Below, one piece after another: positions 13,701 to 26,300 of a stretch of 64,000 nt of DNA. Each line of letters starts with the position of its first letter. The first letter of the stretch is position 1. The notes below the pieces were generated by a model that was not told where the DNA came from, made no database searches, and saw nothing but the letters and a program-made list of their open reading frames with translations. The DNA comes from Daphnia carinata (taxonomy: Eukaryota). A program made the translations under genes and the position numbers. The stretch lies in assembly GCF_022539665.2 (NCBI RefSeq), contig NC_081332.1, positions 1,736,001 to 1,800,000 on the forward strand. The letters run 5' to 3'.

Positions 13701-14774
13701 GACCAGATTTTATCCATCTTCGGTGAAAACATTAAAAATAACATCCGGCTGATGGTGACATTTGCTGACAATGATTTGCCGCCCGTCCTCGACGCTGTCA
13801 AGCAGGCCCGTATTCCCTTACCCAAAGATCCAACCACCGGGCAGATCCTCCATAACAAATTTAACAGCTCCATTTTTTTCGCCTCTAATCAGAACGAAAT
13901 TCAGGCAAACGAATTCAACCGGAATTACTTCGAGATGGCTGTCCAAGGTTTCGACAAATTCTTTGACGATTTAAGTCGCATAGAGGCCAAGTCACTGACA
14001 CTAACTCGCGAAGTACTTGATGAACGAAAGCGCTTAGAAGCTTTCGTCAACGGCCTTCAACTCCGCACCGAAATCAAATTGGCACGAATCGACGAGTTTG
14101 AGAAAATGAAGAAAATGCTGGCAGAGAATCAACAACAAATGGATGAAAACAAGAATTTTGATTTCGAAGTAGAATTTCTCGTTCCAAAGTCGACTGACAT
14201 CAGCGGGACGGGCCGGTTTACCACCAACTGCCAAAAATGTACCACAACGTGCCATTTTCCTTGCTCGAAAGCCAGCGACAGCGATAAACATCGTTGCTCC
14301 GTCATGGACTCAAATGGAATCTGCAAAATTTGTAAATGCCCGTGGAATGTCCATTTTAATCAAAAGTACAGGTACGAAATGGTGATGGAGAAAGTGAAGC
14401 GGTCATCGGACGCCATCCGGAAGCAATATCAAGGGGCCCAGGCCGAAGCACTGACTAATAAACAACTCTTAGCCAAAGTTCAGGCAGAGATTGATCAATA
14501 TGAAAAGCAGCTGTTGGAATTGGTACAGGTTACTTCTCCTTGTATACAGAGATTGAACGAGATCGCTCTGAAGCCTCACACGTTCTCCACACCAGCTTAT
14601 ATTGATCTGATGATTGAAACCGAGAAACAAGGAAATCGCCCTGGATACCAACAGAGGATCACAACGCTGCAAAAACTTCGTCAAGTAGCCGAGATGACGA
14701 CACAGCTCGTGAACGACCATCAGAGTCCGAAAACTCTGCCTTCGGGCCTCAGCGTTGTTCGTCAAAAGTTTTAG
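10742..14774 (+). CDS. Type B1: stonustoxin/verrucotoxin-like N-terminus, 2x FN3, septin/AIG1-like GTPase, Cys-rich segment, coiled coil (~1325 aa)
   Basis: Exon 1 10742-10838 ('ALGRPFAVGTLYNYIEDTIIP', like the stonustoxin start ALGRPFxLGMLYD...LIP), intron, exon 2 10894-14774. Motifs 'ATHVVIAITYGREAFCIF' and 'AIPLKVWLYPL'; two FN3 repeats; GATGSGKT, DTPG, TFAD; NCQKCTTTCH...CKICKCPWNVH. Confidence 0.9.
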
Positions 14775-15029
14775 GCGTTAATAATATGACTAAAAGTTAC
14801 GAACAACCAGTGCGATGCTACAGGATTTTGGTACTGTTTGATTCAACGCTTGTTTAAGTTCAACACTAAGAAAATGATTTTTCATTCCCCAAATACATAA
14901 CCTTGTACGTTTCACTTCCCTCTTCAAATATACATATGATATCGAGCTCTCGTTATCGTATTGTTTATTCAAATTTATGCCAGGTTTGGTTATCAACGAC
15001 GTTCGGAATCCTTTCATTGCCCCTTATTT

Positions 15030-16716
15030 TTACATGTCGTTTGACCACGAAGCTCGCCATTCGCCAGTGGCTAGAAGCGAACGGTTGAGAATCCATCCTG
15101 CTCCAATAAAGAATGTCATACAAAAATCTATGCATATTTTCACACGCACACATCAGAGAAAAATGTCTATGAATAATTAGATTCCCTTACCCTGATTCAC
15201 AAGCCCATCTCGTAGTTCTCCCCAGCAGTTCTCTTTCACCATCTTAAGAAGCGCACTGGAGATGTCACCTTCGACTACCGGCTTCATACCGCTAACCTAT
15301 AACGAAAGAAAAACCATAATCTAAACTTATGTTCAAGGTTTCCTTCACAACTGATTTGACTGACCGCGTATCCGGATGCAAGCATGGCAGCCAGAACGGC
15401 GTGTGAATAAGATTCCAACATCTCTTCTGATGTACAGTCTTGTCGATAAATTATGTAGATAGTTTTACTAACAGAATCAGGAATCAAGGCAAAGTTTCGG
15501 TCAGAATAAACAGCTAACTGATTTTCCAAGTCCTTCTTGGAGGCAATGGCTTTGATTGAACATCCAAGTTCTATCCGGTAGCCGCAGACGTCTTTCTCTG
15601 GGTGAAAGAACAGGAGGAATCATAACAGCTGGTTGATATTGAATTACGCCATTAAGTTTACCAGTTGGAATGAGACCCATGACGACGGATTCAAGTCGGT
15701 TGATGACTTTCACTGAAGGCACGTCTTTAGACGAAGCGAATTGCTTCAAAATGAGCATGTATCTAGTTCTGTTAAGCGTTTCCATGCTGACGGCTTTCAC
15801 CGCTTTCAGGTTGGCGAAGACGTGCAGCAACGTAAACAAAAAAAAAGAAAACCACGTCATCCTATACAGACAGAGAAATAAAAAGGCATACAAGTTGAAT
15901 AAGAAAAAACACAGGCGAGCAATAGATATAGACGAACTTTGTAGACCCGTCCAAGAAAGGTAAGAGCCAGAGGCTGGTGATTAGGGCAGCGAGGTTGACC
16001 AAGGTTTCCTGACTTCCATCTTTGGCTGATACGTCGGCCAGATTCCCTTGTCTAGCCTATGTAATAAAGAGGAAACAGATCCCCTCATTTCCTTACAATT
16101 ATTCGATGAAGTGTACTATTCAATACCTGATGTTGGGTTAATGCTGCTCGAGTTGCTCCGCCTGCTACTCCGACGATTGATTTAGCCACACCAGAAACGC
16201 AAAGGATACCAGTCATAGCCCCATTAGATCCGCCTACTGCTGCTACAGCGTAGGGGGCACATAATTCAAGGCTTAGAACCCAGTCATTGAGAAGGTCAGC
16301 AAAAAATCTCCATTTTTTGCTGTCAGCATCTAGATTTGTACTAAAAACCATTTTATGAAGATGCATTGCATTATCGAAAACTGTTGTGAGCACTAACCCA
16401 TTGCACCAGGCAAATAATATTCTGCCAACCATTCCAGTACCATCTTTTATCAACCACATTAGGGTAGCAGCCAGAGGAGTGGATGTGCTACTGCCCACTC
16501 CCACTCCCTCTACTATAGCTCTCGTAGACAAAGATCCTGACAAACTACTTGCGAATGCCTAAGTGTAATCTTTAATTGTAATACACAGTAGTCAGACAAA
16601 AATGTATCACATAAATTCACAAGGCATCTCAAATTTCCAATAATCACAAGACATTCCACATGTACCTGAACTGTGTCCCAGATTTGGTATTCCAGATAAT
16701 CATCACTGACTGAAGA
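15030..16716 (-). pseudogene. 5'-truncated duplicate of RUS1/RUSF1 (DUF647)
   Basis: Near-identical to 27624-29313, but homology stops inside exon 2 at 16716; exon 1 and the start codon are absent. Confidence 0.8.
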
Positions 16717-16790
16717 ATATTAATGTGACGGGAAAATCCATTAGAGCAACTTTCACGAGCTGAGCGATTCACGAACTGAGATTAGATTTG

Positions 16791-16914
16791 ACTTACCAAT
16801 GATTTTCACGGATTGTTAAGTGGCCAACTGCGTATACAAATGCGCACAGAACATAACTAAAGGACTTTCGATTTTCAACTGAAAAAGACTGACATGTCTG
16901 GACTTGTATTTATA
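16791..16914 (-). promoter_or_regulatory. Duplicated TATA-Inr promoter and leader exon, now upstream of truncated RUS1
   Basis: Copy of 3389-3512 retaining TATAAATAC (16914-16906), the Inr and donor GTAAGT (16796). Confidence 0.5.
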
Positions 16915-18476
16915 GGGCGGGATTCAGGAAACGTTCCGGATAGTGGCACAACCCTCGCAGTAAGATCAAATGAGCACGTGAAAGGGAGACCCAACCTTGT
17001 CCAGCATCAATACGTATCCGAAAATAAAATAAAAAATGAAAAGAAACGTGTCAAAGTGAATGTGAATGCTGGTTACTTTTCTCTGGAAAACAAAACGATA
17101 GAGAACCTCAAGTTTTTCGCCTTGGACTGCACAAGTTGTGCAATAACCTACAGGCAAAGGTCCCTGGGTTCTCAATGTACAGCATATTCACCTTAAATTG
17201 ACCATTTTTTTTTAAAAACATCATCATCTCAATTATTGGCACTACCATTTAAAGCAGCAAATCCGGGCCCTGCTTAAGAAATCCAGAACATTTGCGTACC
17301 GACAGGTGTGGCAAACTCAGGTGTCCCTATGTTTTCCATCGTCGTGTATTGCTGCAATGTGCGCAAAAAACAATTGGGGTGTTAAGAAAAGAGACAAAAG
17401 AAACGTTTTTATTTGAACGTGAATATTGCGATGATAATCATCAAATGCTGACTGCAGGCACACTGCAAAAGTTGGTTTTCATTTCCATCTGAAATAGATT
17501 TCTTGCCCAATCTTAATAAAACAACCAAATTTATTTTCTCGGCCATTGCCAATCAGGAAATGAACTTGTGCTGTCAGCTTATCAATTAATCGAAATAGAT
17601 TTGGCCACAGTCTGTCGTCATTAAATGCAAGCCTAACACGCCTATTTGTATTTCCGATGACGTAACTATTTTCGTTGTAATAACAATGAAAATATATATC
17701 GAAAGCCAATTTGCATTAGAGAAGGTTGGGATGACAAAAATCAAGAAACAAAAAGCTTCTTTCTTTTTCGAGCTATACAGAGGAAGGGGAAGAAAATTAT
17801 TTTCATCGATTCTATGCAGAAAAAGAAAAACCGCCTTTTTGTTCAGTTCTTTTTTTCCGTGCCCTTCCCCTACATTCCTGAGTGTGTGGACCAAATTATG
17901 CAAAGTCACAAGAAAACGGCAGTAAGGGATGGGCGATCATTTTTTTTAAGGATAGGGGGAAAGGTACAGTGAAAAAGAAAAGGGTACCTTTCTTCATTGC
18001 AATATGCTAATCAGCACCCGAGGCAAACTTAAGACGAATGATATCAAATGTTCAAAGATAAGCATTTCGCATGTATTACCATGTTGATTTTTCGATTTCT
18101 GTCTACAGCGTATTGAAGGTACGATACTAGTAAACAGGGTAATGTAATTAAAAATTAGAACGTTACCTTTTGACACTTGGCAAAGTTGGCATGAAATTTA
18201 AAATTATAAGTCATTTCTTTTAAAACTCAAAGAGTTCCCAGAAATTAATCGCAGCAAGTCGGTTTAATCGATTTTTGTTTACTGATTTAAAATGAAGAAT
18301 TCCTTTGACAAAGCGCACCCCACCAATGTCTTGATTTTTTGTTTGTCTTCGGAAAAATGTCTTTTGTTGGGATAAAGAAATGGTTAGAACTGTAACTTAA
18401 ATTTGATATACACGCAAAACATAAGCTTAAACCTTCCACGATTCGCTTTTTTTCTCTCTGTTGTGCTAATCAGTTG

Positions 18477-21400
18477 TCACTTTCCGCTGTTTTTCGAACT
18501 CCAACGAAACCAATGTCTACCCTTCGGTTTACTCTCTTCGTGATCACCGGAGATTGGCTCGTATTGCGTAGGTTGCGGTTTATTGTATTCTTGACCATAA
18601 TTTGACGCGGCAGCCGGATTTGTTGATTGGTATGTTTGCTGTCGATTGTCCCTTGTACCTGCGCTATGTACCGGTTGCGACGTACCATTGGCCAACATCT
18701 GCTGTATGTCATCTAATGTCTCTAGACGTGTCATGTAGCCAGGGGCCTGTTCCTCCATGACACGACTCCTCATCAAACTCAGGTAATCGGATGGACTGAG
18801 TACGTTCGAACGTAAAGCTGTGGATTCAAGTAACTTGACGTTCTTAGCCACTTGTTCGAGCAGAGTCAAGACTTTGACTCTAGCCACTTCTAAATCGTAC
18901 GAGCACTCGTCCAGCATTTTTTCAGCGTCCATCTTGCCTTCGTAATTCAATTCGTACTGGGCTTTCATGTCCAAAAAAGTCAATGTTACCTTGTCTGGAA
19001 CCAAACGCCATTCCATTTCTTCCATCTTATGGTCAGATGGCGGACAGTGGCAGGCATTATTTCCACAATGCCCTGTTTTTTTAGGGAGTGACTTTTGTTT
19101 TTTGATTTGCCTTTCGCAGGTTTTATTGCACCTGCCGCAGTTATAGGCAAAGTATCCCTTTTCACATTGCAACTTCTCAGTCTGCTCAAACGTGAAATTC
19201 TTGGTAGCTTCCATATTATGGCCATATGTTTTCAATTTCCTCTGAAAAATTTCTATGCTTTCGATGTTGATTAGACACACTTCCATTTCTTCTTCGATGT
19301 CTTTCAGCGATTGTTCCAGTTGGCGTCTACTGTGAATGACTTCCCGTGTGGACTTGAGATCCCTACCCTTCATTCTCTCCAACATATCAAAAAATTTCTT
19401 AAAATTTTCGTGACCCATGTCCCAGAACAATTGGTCGAAACTGAATTCGTCATCTCCCTGTTTCACGTTGGAACAATAGAGAACGGAGCTATTGAATTTG
19501 CTGTAGGCGATGCCATCCGATGTCGCGGGGAAATTAGCAGAAAGACAAGCACCGACGACGGGAGGATCAGCATTATCAGCAAATGTCACCAACAAGCGAA
19601 GGTTCGCCTTCATGTCTTTTCCAAAGATAGAAAGAACCGAGTCGATGATGTAGCGCTGCGTTACCGTCAATCGACTGTCACCCGAAGCGGCGACAAAACA
19701 GGCGGCGTGAATTTCATTTATTGGAATTTCTTGTTGAGTCAGAAAGCTGTGGATGGCGGCCGTGATTTCCTTGTCTCTTTTAACTCCTCTTGTATCGCCG
19801 TAGCCAGGGGTATCGATGATGGTTATCGAATGCGGAATGGCCATTCCTTTTTTATGGTGGAGTGTATAGGCCGTCACAGAACTCGTTTGACTGTGCGCTT
19901 GGTTCCTGGCCGCGTCCTCGTCTTCGCGGACGCATTTGAAACGGAACGGATCCTTCCACTGGACGCCGAAGATGTAGTTGACCATGCCGTTGATCAAAGT
20001 GCTCTTTCCGCATCCAGTGGCGCCCATCAAAATGATGATTTTATGATTCTTCGGATTAGGCAACCGAATAGAGTCGCCGAGCCGGCAGATTTCGAACCAA
20101 TTGATTTTGGCGCTGTTTGTTTTTTTCGTCGCGTTTAGCAAGTATACGTTTGGCGATCCCTTTTTGTTTAATCTGCTGTACGATCTGCTCTCGTCAGCAT
20201 AAATTTCAGCAATTCTTCGATTGTCATGGAGCTCCGTGTTTTCGCAGGCCACCCATCTATCATTTTGTTCATCATAAGGATCTACTCCCCCAGCTTCGAC
20301 TTTGTCATTAACTCTGCCATGTACGCGTTCTTGTTTCTTGCTGCTATCGTCGTTCAGTTTCATCCGAGGTTGAACGACGGCGGATGTTGATTGCCCTCTT
20401 GCTTTTGCGTCACTCAAATTGAGTTTTCCAATTGGTAAATTTTGTATTTCTGCCTCGCATTCTATTCCGCTCTGGCCTTTCTGGTTAACGGTGTTTGCAG
20501 TTGACTGCGCCTGCTCCATCGGCGATGCTGTTGGCGGTGACCCTTTCATATGCTGATTGCAACCTGCATCATTCATTTCTTCAGAGGAGGAGTCCATTTC
20601 AATGTCCATCTCGGTTTCTTCGTTTTCCTTCAATTGAGCTGTGGGATTTTCAGCAAAATTGGGGTTGATACGCCCAGAATCCTTGTCCGTCCTCAACTGT
20701 TGATTTTCATTTGAAACAATGGTTGGAACCAAAGGAGCAGGCAAACAAGCGAGATTAGAAGAACTGCTAGGAAAACATTTTTGCTTTTCTTTCTTTTCCA
20801 AGTCTTGAATGGGATTATACCCCGGCATCATGTCTGACGATTTTTCGGAATAGTCTACGGTTATTGTAGTTCCTTCTTTCAACTTCGAATAATCAAGTAC
20901 TATGTGGTAGTTCATGGTGTTCACGTTCCGTTCTGCCTCGCTTGCGAATTTCCTTAACGCAGTATAAACAGATTGGAGTAGCCCTTTCTCATGGGAGAAA
21001 ATCGGTAAAACGGGTCGTACAGCATTCGAGATTTGTTGACCAACTGATTCCTCTAATTTACGTATAAGAACGTCCTGTATGTATTCGACTTTCAAGACGA
21101 ACTGTTTGGCTATTTTGCAATCTTTGGAAGCCATTTGAGCTTCGATTTCCGCCGAATTCAGTAGTTTAAAACTTGTGCCACTCAAAAGCCAACCAATTTC
21201 TTCAAGTTCCACCCGCCGATAGGCAAACAAGTCGATTATTGTATTCAGCAAATTTGAAATAGAACGCATTTGTTCTAAAGCTTTTTCGGGCGAAGATGTC
21301 TCATGGATCTTGTATTCTTCTTCCACTTTCTTCCAAAACTTAGCCATCAAACTTTGGAAATTATAAAAAAGTGTTGCGAGATGAGGAAAATGTTTAAGAG

Positions 21401-22413
21401 AAGGATCGCTGGAAATGTCACGGATCTCTTCCGTCATCCATTTACTGGTCACTCGATGCCGCTCTTTTTCCAGATAGATATCGCCCTTCCTATCTGACCA
21501 CATCCGTGCTTCGATCCTGGCAGCTGGTATGTCTCGTAGGAGAAATTCAATGGGTTTCCATTTCTTCTGAATGTTGCCCGTATCAGAACTTGACAGATCT
21601 TGCAAGTAGTGGATGAATGCCTCGAAAGACATTTCTCTCTTATAACCATTTTCGATACTACTCAAAACCGTACACGAGACTTGATGCAATTCGAATGGCA
21701 ATTTCGCACTAGTCGATTTCATGTTTGTTTCATCAAAATATTTCTTAGCTGCCAAGTAAATTTTGAATTCAGCGCTTGGCTTTGTTTCTGGGGATAAATT
21801 CAAGGTTTTTCGCATTGAACATATCACCTCCACGCCGTAGACGACCTCGTCAATCATATGCGTTGGTGTCGTCCATTTCAGTCGATCGTCATCAATTTTC
21901 GATCGTAGAAAATCGGAATCCAGGGTTTCCTTTCGTCGCGCTACTCGGAAAAATAGAGTGACTTGAGCATGCTTTTCATCGCCATCCATCGAGTTTGTAT
22001 ACAGGTAATCGGCGAACCAACATTGGCGACCGGGCACAGACCCTTGGTTGATACTCTGAAGTAGATGGGAGTTGATACCCAAAATGGAATGTTTGAATTT
22101 TTCGGGTTGCTGATAGAAAAAGGAAGGCGTCCATTTCCCAGCGGTTTCCGATATCGTTTTGCGGTCGTTCGGCACTTCGATTCCATCTGGGACGCATACA
22201 TAACACCAGTTATAAGAAAGCTAAAATTTTTGATGAGGCAGTCTAACGAGTCAACTTATAGTAGAATTTTAAAATGTAACAGAAGCTATATTTGATACTG
22301 TATATGTTGAACATGTTTTATTTACATGTGGAAATGACGTCGGTGAAGTAGTTGTAGAGACCTCCAACCTGCGCGTCCCTACCTAGAGCTGATATTCGAA
22401 TGGGCTCAGCCAT
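18477..22413 (-). CDS. Type A2: stonustoxin-like N-terminus, disordered linker, septin/AIG1-like GTPase, Cys-rich segment, coiled coil (~1265 aa)
   Basis: Exon 1 22413-22326 (MAEPIRISALGRDAQVGGLYNYFTD), phase-1 intron, exon 2 22186-18477. 'THMIDEVVYGVEVICSM', GATGCGKS, DTPG, TFAD; colinear with A1. Confidence 0.85.
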
Positions 22414-23387
22414 TTGTGAAAACAAACTGAGACGTGGCAATAGTTAAGGAGGGATCGTAATAAATGTTCTATTAACTGCTTACCTGTTAGTTTTCCGTCA
22501 GATTTTGAATTTCTCGCACGGGCAAAGAAAACCCTTCCAACAGGTGAATTTCCTTAATATGCAAAGCAGCACGGAATCTATGTAGAACGCAACTGAGTCA
22601 ACGGTGAAATGGTTTGCAAAGAATTGAGACACCCACTATCAACGAAGCATCCTTCCTTTCGAAATATTCCTACAGGTTTTACACACGTTATCGTCAGCGG
22701 TCAATCAAAAGTCATGCCCACGATTAGCTGGCGCTTGTTCAACCTTGCTATCAGCCCTAAATTGTGAGCTCAAACATGATAAGAACGTTACCTGCCCACA
22801 CGTTATTTGCTTCGGAAAGTCCTGCTATAGTGTCGCAATTGTGGTAGAATGAAAAACAAGCTGAGCTCCGTTATCAGTTCCAGTGAAGTCAACGTGCGTT
22901 ATTCATACACAATCCAAATAAAAAGCGCATTTGGACAATAGCAAAGTTCAAAAAGAATATGCCAGAGTTCTATAGTTTTATAATTCACCTGCTCGTGTCA
23001 GGAGATAACAATGGTCAAACATTAGGTGGTGCAATTGCAAGGTGTATCTAGCCTGGAAAAAGAACAAACAAACTTGATGGATGTTTCAAAAGAAAGATAA
23101 CTGTCGTTATTATCGCGAACGAATCGCATAGCCAACCTAAGCACATAGAACTTTAAACATCAACGATGAGCTCATTGCGGCGTAGTTTTTCCCCCTGTTA
23201 CTCCCAGCTGACGCTATCAGTTTAAGTGTTTTATTAAATTCGTTTCCAAAGAAATAGCTGGTGCCACTGGACTGTATCAATTTCGTTTCCTCGCCTAGTA
23301 ACAGCCTGTTCGATCTTGTTTTAGTTTGTCGCACCAGCTGTGAACGAACGCAAGTGCATCAATAAACTTTAAACAAATCGTTTAAAA

Positions 23388-26300
23388 ATGCCTACGCATC
23401 TGGACGGGATCGAAATACTGGCACTAGGCCGCCAGTTTAACATTGGAACACTTTATAATTATGTCGATGATAGCATCATACCAAGTAAGAATGCAATTCA
23501 TAACACAAATGTTAATGTTCGTATAATTATAGTATGTTGGGTGTGTCCAGGTATTCGATTATGGGACCCATATGATGTGTCCAATTCAGCCGTTGTCGAA
23601 CCAAACGAAAATGCTGAAGTCTTTCTAAAGACGATCGCGCAAACCAACGAGGAAGGCGAGAATCCTGATGAAGGAGAAGATCAAACACCGTTCCTGTCCA
23701 ATTTAGGAATGGACGATCACACGGCCATGAGTTTGATGGCCGGACTGTTGCGTCCATCTCTAAAAGGAGCTTGGCAATATGCGGCTGATTGGGTCGAATC
23801 GAAGAACGATTTACTTAGCCAGGGAGCTCATGTGGCAGTCCATTGCTGCCGTTCCGAAAAAAACATCTCTGTCGATCCTGAGAGTCAATTGGACATTGTC
23901 TGCCGGCCAGAAAGGCTAATGAAAATTCAGGCAACTCATGTCGTCATTGGAATCACGTACGGCCTAGAGGCCTTTTGCATCTTCTCTCAGGACAATCAAG
24001 CCAACACTTACGCACGTGTCTTTAAAGACCGGCTGGTGAACGAAGACGAAAATTTGGAACAAGATCAGGACGAAGAAGGTGACGAAGAGGATGGTGGACA
24101 ATGCTCTTTCCCAAAAGACTTGCAATGCATTCTCTACAGCGATCTCGGGGATTTTAAAGGTAGTAAAAGTTGGACACTGAAGCCTGTCGCAGAGCAGTAC
24201 GAAACCTGCAGGAAGATACTGGAACATGGAACTGTAAAGTCCATCCCAATGAGGGTATGGTTGTATCCACTCAACAAGCTGATGGCTGTCAATGAAAGAG
24301 TTGCTAAAATGCCTCCAAATATTAAAGATGTCTCGCGAGAACTGCTATTTCGTTGTCAAGCCATATTGAGCCATTTGCATGGACTCTGTTTGGAGGCTGA
24401 ACTGTTGGCTAAAGAACTGGATGGGCTAGAAAGTCAGCTTCCAGCGTCCATTCCGTCGACAGCCAATGAAAGAATCAAGCACTTTAAAGATTTGGTCATG
24501 CAATTTTTGCCAACTTTTATCAAACCACTGTCAGTGTGGACTACTAAAATTCGTGATGGAACGGTTCGAGAAGAGAAAATAGCCAAAATCATCGATGCGG
24601 TAGAGACCCAGTCGCCATTCGTTGTTAATAAGTTGAAACTCTGGCTGAATCTACAGAGACAGGAATTGAAAACTCTAAAGAGTCTGGATAAATTGCCTGG
24701 TGTGCACTTAGTATCGAGCATGGAACGCCTGCAAAACGAAATAAAAAATGGGGGCAATACGTCGCATGCCATCGTTCTTCATCTGCCCAGTCCCAGAAAA
24801 GAACAAGACTCATTAGTTAATGAGATGCGTCGTTATATCGACGACTTCAACGAAGCTGCATCATCTGGCTGGATGAACTTGCCAACGAAAAATAGCGATG
24901 AAACAGCAAAGTCAACGTCCTCCGTATACCGCCAAATTTTAACGTCTGGCCAAGAGTTTTCCGATTGGATTACGAATCACAATGCGGATACCAAGAACGT
25001 CCGCTACATCATCTTTTACGACGAATGCACAGAAGAAACCTTGCCCTTCACAAGATTATATCAGTGGGGCAAGGAAGAGGCTCCTTATACAATCCCAAAG
25101 GCTCCTGGGCAAGTGACGGTCACAAAGAATCATCGTGGTGTGATTGGATTGAGTTGGACGACTAATGATACGACCGGACTGCGCCATTTTCTGGTTCAAT
25201 ATCGGACAGTGGATGGGCAAGAAGATCATTGGCATTCCGTCCTTAAGCCTTCAAACACAATCGAAATCGATTACCTTCAATCAGGTGAGACTTACCTGTT
25301 CAGAGTGGCAGCGGAGACACTTGGAGGGCGGAGCCCGTTCAGCTCTGTCAGCTGCGAAGTAACAATAGACCCAGTTTGTCCGCCGCCAAGTCAATTGCAA
25401 GTTCACGAAGTGACCGATACGAGTATATCTATTTCGTGGAGCCATCAACCTCACTTGAAAACCGGAGCTGAAGAGGAACTGAGCATTACCTCGTTCACTA
25501 TTGAATGCCGGATGGGTGAAAGCCGTGACGAATCGACCTTCATCCAACGATCTACGATGAAGAAGAGCATCGTACTAGAACCGCTTGATCCAGGTGTGAC
25601 TTACCACATCCAAGTCAGGGTTGAGTGCAAAAACGCTAGTGGCTCTACTTTCTATAGCCCGGCATCAGAGGTTTTGCAAGCTTGCACACTGCAAGAGGCA
25701 GAGCGAACTGCGATCATCGTCCGCCGTACGAGCAAAAAAAGTTCCACTGGGCCTGGAATTGACATTTACGAATTGCCGTTGAAAAAACGTCACAATGCCA
25801 AAGTTCAGGGAGTCGGTCATTACGTGTTTGGTGAGCCGAGCTATCTGGCAGTAATAGGGAAACGTCGACAAAGAACCATCTTGGTACTGGGAGCCACCGG
25901 ATCCGGCAAGAGCACTCTCATCAACGCTCTGGTCAACTACGTGCTGGGCGTCGAGTGGGAAGACGATTTCCGGTTCAAGTTGATCGACGAACCAACCGAC
26001 AAGTCGCAGGCGCACAGTCAGACGGACCTGGTGACAACTTACGACCTCTACGAGATGAAAGGTTCCCGGCTGGGCTATTCGCTGACGGTCGTCGATACTC
26101 CGGGATTCGGTGACACCAGCGGAATCGAAAGAGACAAGAAAATTATGCAGCAAATCAAAGATTATTTCCAGTCTCCTCACGGCATTCAACAATTAGAGGC
26201 CGTTTGTTTCGTTATCCAGTCTTCACTCGCCAGATTGACGCCTACCCAGCAATATATCTTTGACCAAATTCTATCCATCTTCGGTGAAAACATTAAAAAT

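Larger units (their letters stand above)
3327..16716. repeat. Tandem segmental duplication, unit 1 (~13.4 kb)
   Basis: 3327-4071 matches 16727-17461 and ~14760-16716 matches ~27355-29313 almost base for base; gene order A(-), B(+), RUS1(-) is the same in both units. Confidence 0.9.

Noticed and set aside
17461..18470. Possible CACTA-type insertion starting CACTGCAAAA where unit homology breaks
   Set aside because: No matching inverted terminus or target-site duplication found.
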